Shown: positions 19,890-26,949 of the stretch, piece by piece
How positions within the stretch are numbered: the stretch's first letter is position 1
Layout of the letters: the number at the start of each line of letters is the position of its first letter
Assembly: GCF_006345805.1 (NCBI RefSeq)
Contig: NW_021834029.1
Span: 1-26,949, forward strand
Direction: 5' to 3'
DNA: 26,949 bases
From: Octopus sinensis
Lineage: Eukaryota
Program-made: the position numbers and the translations under genes
Notes under the pieces: model-generated
Databases searched by the model: none
What the model saw: only the letters and a program-made list of their open reading frames with translations
Told to the model about the DNA's origin: nothing

Positions 19890-20293
19890 ATTCTTTTCTA
19901 CTCTAGGCACAAGGCCCGAAATTTTGGGCGAGGGGTCAGTCAATTAGATCGATCGCAGTACGAAACTGGTACTTAATTTATCGATCCCGAAAAGGATGAA
20001 AGGCAAAATCGACCTCATCGGAATTTGAACTCAGAACGTAAAGACAGACGAAATACCTATTTCTATTTCTTTACTACCCACAAGGGGCTAAACACAGAGA
20101 GAACAAACAAGGACAGACAAACAGATTAAGTCGATTATCTCGACGCCAGTACGTAACTGGTACTTAATTTATCGACCCCAAAGGATGAAAGGCAAAGTCG
20201 ACCTCGGCGGAATTTGAACTCAGAACGTAGCGACAGACGAAATACTGCTAAGCATTTTGCCCGGCGTGCTAACGTTTCTGCCAGCTAGCCGCT
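19890..20293 (-). mobile_element. Dimeric SINE family C: full unit with tail type 2 (20057-20293) fused to a 5'-truncated unit with tail type 1 (19890-20056)
   Basis: Two near-identical copies of ACTGGTACTTAATTTATCGA...GGAATTTGAACTCAGAACGTA...GACAGACGAAATAC, with different 3' tails. Confidence 0.88.
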
Positions 20294-20353
20294 TCTCTTT
20301 CTGTATGCATACAGAAAAAGAAGCGGAAGAACCAAGGCACAATTACCCAAAAG

Positions 20354-20520
20354 TGGAAGCCAGGCCCGTGACCAAGCGGTTAGGCTGTTTGCTTCATGAT
20401 CATAAAGTTATAAGGTTCAATTCTTGAACCAGGTAGGTTGTTGTGTTCGTGAGCAAGACATTTCACTTGAAGTAGCTCGTGTCAACCCACCTTGAACAAA
20501 TACCAGCCGAATGCTGGTGT
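20354..20520 (+). mobile_element. Old tRNA-derived SINE (CORE-like)
   Basis: A-box-like TGACCAAGCGG, B-box-like GGTTCAATTCT, then TTGTGTTCGTGAGCAAGACATTT. Similar to 24057-24245. Confidence 0.6.
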
Positions 20521-20734
20521 AGTTTTCTCTCACTCCAGTTATCACATTGTCAAGATTGAGTCAAGATTGAGTAGGCAGAGGCGTCTCTGTCTGCTCGCAA
20601 CTACATAGGTATCTTTTAGGTGCACATGTTTACCAAGCTATACACACTTGCGAGTGACAGCTGGCTGTACCATACTTTTTTTTGTAAGTATATGTAAATG
20701 TATATAAATACTTATCTAAATTATGTGTATGTAT

Positions 20735-20767
20735 ACACACACACACACATCTATATCTATATCTATG

Positions 20768-20831
<64 letters not shown>

Positions 20832-20832
20832 C
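20735..20832. repeat. (CA)n(TA)n microsatellite
   Basis: Direct reading. Confidence 0.95.
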
Positions 20833-21004
20833 ATAGAACACCGCGCGCGCGCAACAAAATGAAAGCTGAGAAGTGTCAAAAGATCATCGCAGGTCACAGG
20901 CAATACAGGTCATCTATGTTTTGGTATCAATTTAGAGGAACACCCTAATAAAAACGAAAACTATTGGAACTTAAATTCGAAAACAGTGTGTTATGACTCT
21001 CTAC

Positions 21005-21039
21005 CACACACGCACACACATACATACACAGACATATAC

Positions 21040-21117
<78 letters not shown>

Positions 21118-21160
21118 ATATATATACATATATATACATTCACACAGATATGCACACATA
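21005..21160. repeat. (CA)n(TA)n compound microsatellite
   Basis: Direct reading. Confidence 0.95.
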
Positions 21161-21557
21161 CACGCTCATACAAGCTCGCTGGTCTCCTGATTTTTTATAT
21201 ATCTCGTCCCGCTTGTTATCTTTATCTTTTCGCTTTATCCTTCCTTCTTTCTTTATTTCTTTTTCTCTCCATTTCATGCAGAGATTTGCGTACACTTACG
21301 TACAGTCATATGTTCAAGTAGGTATCGCCACGTTTTGATTCTAGAGTCTAGCTGAACTACCCTTGGGTAATTTTCAGTCATCTGACGCTCACATCTTTCT
21401 TTCTTTATATATTTCTATCTAACCAATTTTACTTCCATGTATAAGCGCGTATTTTGCAGCCAGTTTAACCCAATAATATATTGATTTTTTTTCTACAAAA
21501 TGGATCATAAATATCTATGACCCATGTAATAATTGTTGCTTAGAAGTTCCTGCGAAT

Positions 21558-21699
21558 CGGCGGTTCGGCAAATGAGACCGATAGAATAAGTACTAGGCTT
21601 ACAAAGAATAAGTCCTGGGGTCGATTTTCCTCGACTAAAGGCGGTGCTCCAACATGGCCACAGTCAAATGACTGAAACAATTAAAAAGAGTAAAGAGTA
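21558..21699 (+). mobile_element. SINE family B, 3' fragment
   Basis: GCGGTTCGGCAAATGAGACCGATAGAATAAGTAC...GGGGTCGATTT...ATGACTGAAACAA with an (AAAGAGT)n tail. Matches 22247-22380. Confidence 0.85.
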
Positions 21700-21889
21700 T
21701 GTCCTACCCAATTCGCTGGTCTCTCCAGTCAATTGCAGTTTTGTCACATGACCTATCAAAAACCGGTTTAACTTGCCTGACTTCCAACATTTTATCAGCT
21801 AAATATCTCACGTAACAGCAACATTTGTTGCACTATTGACAAAAACCACAGAACTAACCACATCTATAGTTCTTTGTAAAAAAATCTTT

Positions 21890-22389
21890 CAGGCACGGTT
21901 TTGTTGTTAAGGAGCTCGCTTGCAACCGCGTGGCTTCGGGTTCAGTTTCCCTGCGCAGCACCTTGAGCAAATGCGTTCTACTATAGCCCACCAAAGAATT
22001 ATGGGTGTATTTTGGTAGACGGAAAGTGAAAGTAGCCCCTGTGACGGACTTTGTATACACATATATACACACACATATATGTACACATATACACATATAA
22101 CATATATATGCATACATGCGATGGACTTCATGTAAGTGTGTATACACAGATATATATATATACATATATATGTATATATATATAGGGGCGGGTTTGACTC
22201 CCATATCGCTTTACAGCCAGTTGGTTTGTTTTCATCCCCGTAACCTAACGGTTCGCCAAAAAGAGGCCGATCGAATAAGTGCCAGACTTAGAAATAAATA
22301 AGTATTGGGGGTGATTTGTTCGAGTAAACCCTTCAATGTGGTGTCCCAGTATGGCTATAGTTCAATGACTGAAACAAGAGAAAAAAAAC
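21890..22389 (+). mobile_element. SINE family B, full length with an expanded internal microsatellite (about 22052-22183)
   Basis: Head with GGTTCAGTTTCC and CACCTTGAGCAAATG, 3' half ending ATGACTGAAACAAGAG plus an A tail. Confidence 0.82.
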
Positions 22390-22460
22390 TAGTTCCCCGC
22401 TAGCTTACTTTATTCAACTCTTTGGTGCTCATTAGCATAAAAAGTAAAGTGAAAGTAGTT

Positions 22461-22777
22461 TTATTTTTTTATGCGCCCTCTTCAAGCCTAGCTAGGTTCA
22501 TGTGCCCGGTTTCCCGGTTTCTGTGGCGTATGTGTTTCCCCCAGCTGGACTGGACGCCAGTCCATCGCAGCGTTACTCAAGAAACAGGAAGAAAGAGTGA
22601 GAAAAAGTTGGGGCGAAAGAGTACAACAGGAGTCGTCACCACCCCCTGTCGGATCCTCGTGGAGCTTTTAGGTGTTTTCGCTCAATAAACACACACACAA
22701 CGCCCGGTCTGGGAATCAAACCCGCGATCCTCCGATCGCGAGTCCGCTGCCCTAACCACTCGGCCATTGCGCCTTAC
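22461..22777 (-). mobile_element. SINE family A, full length, young
   Basis: A box TGGCCGAGTGG, B box GGTTTGATTCC. Perfect 14-bp TSD AAGTGAAAGTAGTT at 22447-22460 and 22778-22791. Confidence 0.93.
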
Positions 22778-23039
22778 AAGTGAAAGTAGTTGCTATAGAA
22801 ATATTTTGCTTTGCTGTTCGTTACATTGACTTGGTTGTTAGGTGGGCCCTGGTTTTAAAATTCAATATCGCTGGGATAACTCGGAAATTAGATTGTCTTT
22901 TTTTTTCTTTTTAACTTTGATTTTACTTTACAAGCTTGACTATGCAAGTTTTGGATACTTTTGGTTGGCAACCACCAAACACCGAATGATGTGTGAACTT
23001 TTCTATGATAATTATACTACGATGATAAAGCAAATGTTT

Positions 23040-23200
23040 CTACTCTCTCAATCTTCGCCTCTCCCTCCTCTCTCTCTTCTCATATTTGTCTCTCCTCCTC
23101 TCTCTTCTCATATTTCTCTCCCTCCCTCTCCCTTCTCACATTTCTCTTCCTCTATTTCTAAGTTTATTAGTCTGTCACCTACCCCTCTCTTTTTCACCAT
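23040..23200. repeat. Low-complexity polypyrimidine (CT-rich) tract
   Basis: Direct reading. Similar tracts occur at 545-612 and 18430-18660. Confidence 0.85.
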
Positions 23201-23909
23201 TCCTCGCTCAATAACTTAGCTCTCGGCTGTCGTCAGTAAACTTGTTTTTATAAATAGATACGAAACAAGGAAGCAATTTGGCTTTTATGGAAATTTATAA
23301 CGAGATTTGCGAATTATCAAACTTGATTCCGAAGCAGTCAGATTAGATAGCAATATCTCCTGATAGTGTAAATTTTTTATTTTCACGTCTGCCGCACATT
23401 AAGGAAATAGTATTTACTTAATTAAATAATGAGAAGGAAACTTAATAGTAAGGTGGGCGCTAGCGTACTTGAAAAATAAGCCAAAACATTTAGGCAAAGT
23501 TTTGGAATAGCTATCCCTCCAAGTCCCATACTTCATGAGAAAGGAAACGGATAATCTGTTCCTTCATTTTTGAAGTTTTTAGATTTCCTGTTTTTCAACA
23601 ATGAATATTTCAATTTTCAAAAAACAAAAACAAAAAAAAAAAACATTAGAAATTTAAAAAGTGATTCCCTTAATTTTATTTATTTATTCATTTATTTATT
23701 CATTTATTGATTGTGCATTCCCCCTCCTCTCCCATAAGGTTTGGAACTGTGAGATGCCGTTGTTCCAAATCTCTGCTGGAATTTTACTTAATTAAATTTA
23801 AATTAAAACTGTAGGGTCTACAACATCAAGTACCCCGGCGCCCACTTTATTAATTAACCTACAATAGTATTTATTTACTGCAACCGAAGAAACTGATATT
23901 TTTTTTATT

Positions 23910-23970
23910 TAATAATAATAATAATAATTATAATAATAATAATAACAACAATAATAATAATGATAATAAT
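23910..23970. repeat. (AAT)n microsatellite
   Basis: Direct reading. Confidence 0.95.
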
Positions 23971-24056
23971 TGCATTGAATATTGTAAACGCCCTAGCACT
24001 ATAATAAACATTGGTCAGCAAAATAACTGAATTAGAGCAATTATATAAATTAGTAG

Positions 24057-24245
24057 TGAAGGTGCGTCGCCTGGTGGTTTGGGGTATTGTTCGCACGGTC
24101 TGAAGGTCTTAGTTTCGATTCCCAGACCGGGTAGTGCGTTGTGATCTTGAGCAAAACGCTTAATTTCCCGTTACCGCAGTCTACTCAGCTGTACATGAGT
24201 AACCTTGTGACGGACTAGGGACTGGGTAATCAGCCCTATAAGTCG
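24057..24245 (+). mobile_element. Old tRNA-derived SINE (CORE-like)
   Basis: B box AGTTTCGATTCCCAGACCGGG (same as the family A head), then TTGTGATCTTGAGCAAAACGCTT...TCTACTCAGCTG...ATGAGTAACC. Confidence 0.65.
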
Positions 24246-24392
24246 AAACAGAAATGTGCAGCGAATTTACTTTACTTTTACTTTCTTACATATAAATTAG
24301 TGCAGTATTTTAGAGAAAAAAAAATAATTGTTTATCTGAGAAAAGGAAAAAAAAACAATGTGAGAGAAAAATGTTATTTTACGTTCAATATT

Positions 24393-24550
24393 TACGAAGA
24401 GGTGCTGATAAGTTCTTGGCTTTGGGTAAAAGAAAATACAGGAGGATCAGTTAATTATGATTTTATTCAACATATTCCCCTCACAAATTCACACACTTAT
24501 TGTAGCGGTCCTTCAGTTTTTCTAAGCTTTGTAAAAGAACTCGGAAGGTT
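24393..24550 (-). mobile_element. Mariner (Tc1/mariner) 3' terminal fragment: transposase C-terminus plus right TIR
   Basis: TA|CGAAGAGGTGCTGATAAGTTC TIR-like end. Minus translation PSEFFY...EKLKDRYNKCVNL*GEYVE* matches the mariner C-terminus (FYxxGIxxLxxRWxKCxxxxGxYxE). Confidence 0.82.
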
Positions 24551-24858
24551 ACCACTACTTCTAATACTATTATAACTGCAACTACTACGACGACTTAGCT
24601 ACCATCAGGAGAAAAGCAACTACCAGCATCATGTGAATTTTGTAAGAAAAACATGCAAACTTCCAAAACTGATATCATGAAAGAGTAATTTAATTTATTG
24701 TATTTCAATTTATTATTCCCCCCCCCCCCCCCCTTACAGCATGACTAACTCCTCTTAGAAACGATTGAAACCGGTACCATACTTTGATAAAAATGTAAAT
24801 ATTTTCTTTCACTTGCCCATGATAAAGTTCCCAAATCATTTTCTGTTTTTTCTTTAAG

Positions 24859-24861
<3 letters not shown>

Positions 24862-24917
<56 letters not shown>
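24862..24917. repeat. (TA)n microsatellite
   Basis: Direct reading. Confidence 0.97.
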
Positions 24918-24919
<2 letters not shown>

Positions 24920-25132
24920 GGAGGATGTTATAAATGGGAGAAAGGAAACTCAATACATGTAGTACATTTATTCGCTGATTATTTACGACGTCTGTAACGA
25001 CGCAGTAAAGAAATAATCACCTTCGATTGCCCTTAGTATATCGATGCAGCTATGTCCTTTTTATCTTAAACGAACATGCACAAGGAAGAAATTCAAAGTA
25101 CCAACAGACTGAATCAAAACCAATAAAAAATT

Positions 25133-25351
25133 GTTTCTAACAAAGTTTCAGTACAAAGCCTGAAATTTTGTGGGATGGTGTTAGTTGATTACTTCGACTC
25201 CAGTATAGGACAACCATTTTATTTTATCTAGTCAGAGAGGATAAAAAGCGAAACTGACTTTGGCGAGATTTGAACTTGGAACATAAAGAGCCTGAAGGAA
25301 TGTCGCATAGCAGTTAGTCCCGTGATCTAACGATTCCGCTAATTTACCACA
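25133..25351 (-). mobile_element. Diverged SINE family C (a further decayed piece at about 25490-25595)
   Basis: GTACAAAGCCTGAAATTTTG...GTTGATTACTTCGACTCCAGT...GATTTGAACTTGGAAC...CTAACGATTCCGCT is collinear with the other family C copies. Confidence 0.7.
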
Positions 25352-25607
25352 CTATTCTACTGACTCTGCTAAGTCAAGGCTCACTGACTTTTGAATCAGG
25401 CACAGGGATCACAGTTGAGTTTTGTTTTGTTGGTATCGGGTGGGAGTGCAGCATGGTTGCGGAGTAACAGTCGCGTGTGTCGATGCTAATTCTGGACTAA
25501 TGATTAATTTTATCGAAACTCAGAAAAGAAAATGCAAAGAAGGCATCGTTGGGATTTGAACTCATTGTAAAAAGACAGAACCGAATATTGCAAAGAATTA
25601 AATAGGA

Positions 25608-25657
25608 AAGAAGAAGAAGAAGAAGAAGAAGAAGAAGAAGAAGAAGAAGAAGAAGAA
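25608..25657. repeat. (GAA)n microsatellite
   Basis: Direct reading. Confidence 0.96.
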
Positions 25658-26294
25658 AGAAACGGAGGAAAATGAAATGAAAGAGGAAATGAAGAAAAAG
25701 AAACATCTTGTCAACTCACGGTATTTTCCTTCTTCCGGCCATATCCAAATTTTTCAAAGAATTTTCAGGAGATTGAAAAAGAAGATATTAATTCTTGTAT
25801 TTGTACAAGATAATGTGGTAAAAGTCCTATCGTTCTATGTTGACTGCAAAGTTTGGAAGCCTTGAGCCGTGTGTCGTTTCTTAAACGGTTTTACCGGGTT
25901 TATATACAGTACGTGTGATAGATATAAATAGATAGATACAGCTACGCACATATATATATATATATACGTACAGACACTAACTTACTTTCCTACCTACATA
26001 CCTACCTACCTACATCTATTACTCAATTAAATACTAGTCTCTCGCTGGCTAACTTCGCTGCTTTGTCAAAGTTGTGGGTGTGTAAAAGTTTTAACTTCGA
26101 GTGTATGTGTGACGGTGTATAGCTATCTATCTACAAATGTGTGTGTGTGTGTGTGTGTGTTATGAGTCAGTCTGCTGTAAGTCTCTGCCCATCTTCTAGT
26201 AAAAGAAGCCCATCCTTCTTCTCCACATGTAACAAACACATACCGGTACTACTGCCGGTATTAGTCAAAGTGTGTGTACATGTGTGCTCCAGTA

Positions 26295-26347
<53 letters not shown>

Positions 26348-26411
26348 CAGAGAGAGAAGAGAGAGAGAAGAGACAGACAGACAGACAGAGAGAAAAGAGA
26401 GAGAGAGAGAC
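26295..26411. repeat. (TG)n(AG)n(GACA)n microsatellite
   Basis: Direct reading. Confidence 0.95.
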
Positions 26412-26549
26412 AGCGGTTGTGTGGTGTGGTGAATGTTTGCAATTACATACTTACACATAATAACATACATGTGTCTATGTGTTACCTGGTGATACCACAT
26501 AGTTCTAGAACTTAAAACGTAAAATTTGTGTGATAATTAGACAGTACGT

Positions 26550-26640
26550 ACACATACATACATACATACATACATACATACATACATACATACATACATA
26601 CATACATACATACATACATACATACATTACATACATACAT
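26550..26640. repeat. (TACA)n microsatellite
   Basis: Direct reading. Confidence 0.96.
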
Positions 26641-26762
26641 GCGTGTGTATGTGTGCGTATGTGTTTATGAATGGGGGTAAATAAGAGTGTGCGTAAATAA
26701 CATTTACCTGATGATATAGTTCTAGAACTAAAAACATCATACTTAAGACCACTTTTTGAACG

Positions 26763-26794
<32 letters not shown>

Positions 26795-26844
26795 CATTAT
26801 ATACACACATATATATATATCGATATTAGATACATACTACATAC

Positions 26845-26885
<41 letters not shown>

Positions 26886-26891
26886 ATATAG

Positions 26892-26944
<53 letters not shown>

Positions 26945-26949
26945 TACAT
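26763..26949. repeat. (TA)n-rich compound microsatellite running to the window end
   Basis: Direct reading. Confidence 0.95.

Overview
AT-rich, repeat-saturated animal (non-prokaryotic) genomic DNA with no recognisable host gene. It is intergenic or intronic. The SINE repertoire and very dense (TA)n/(CA)n/(TACA)n/(GATA)n microsatellites suggest an octopus or other coleoid cephalopod (inference from pattern recognition, not a search). The only real coding sequence is a young, 5'-truncated CR1-type LINE reverse transcriptase (4703-6476). Decayed RTE, R4/Dong-like, Penelope-like and mariner fragments and more than 15 tRNA-derived SINE copies from several families are also present. Nearly all other listed ORFs are translations of microsatellites. 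Three nested structures stand out. (1) A 91-bp-arm near-perfect palindrome (3294-3478) carries two back-to-back minimal hammerhead-ribozyme motifs of Penelope pseudo-LTR type, inserted in the TA tract of a small Helitron. (2) A 607-bp TG...CA solo-LTR-like element with a 4-bp TSD and YY1/NRF1-like motifs sits inside a TSD-bounded SINE (16888-17796). (3) A TSD-bounded tRNA-headed SINE (11539-11903) carries half of a hammerhead-like core.
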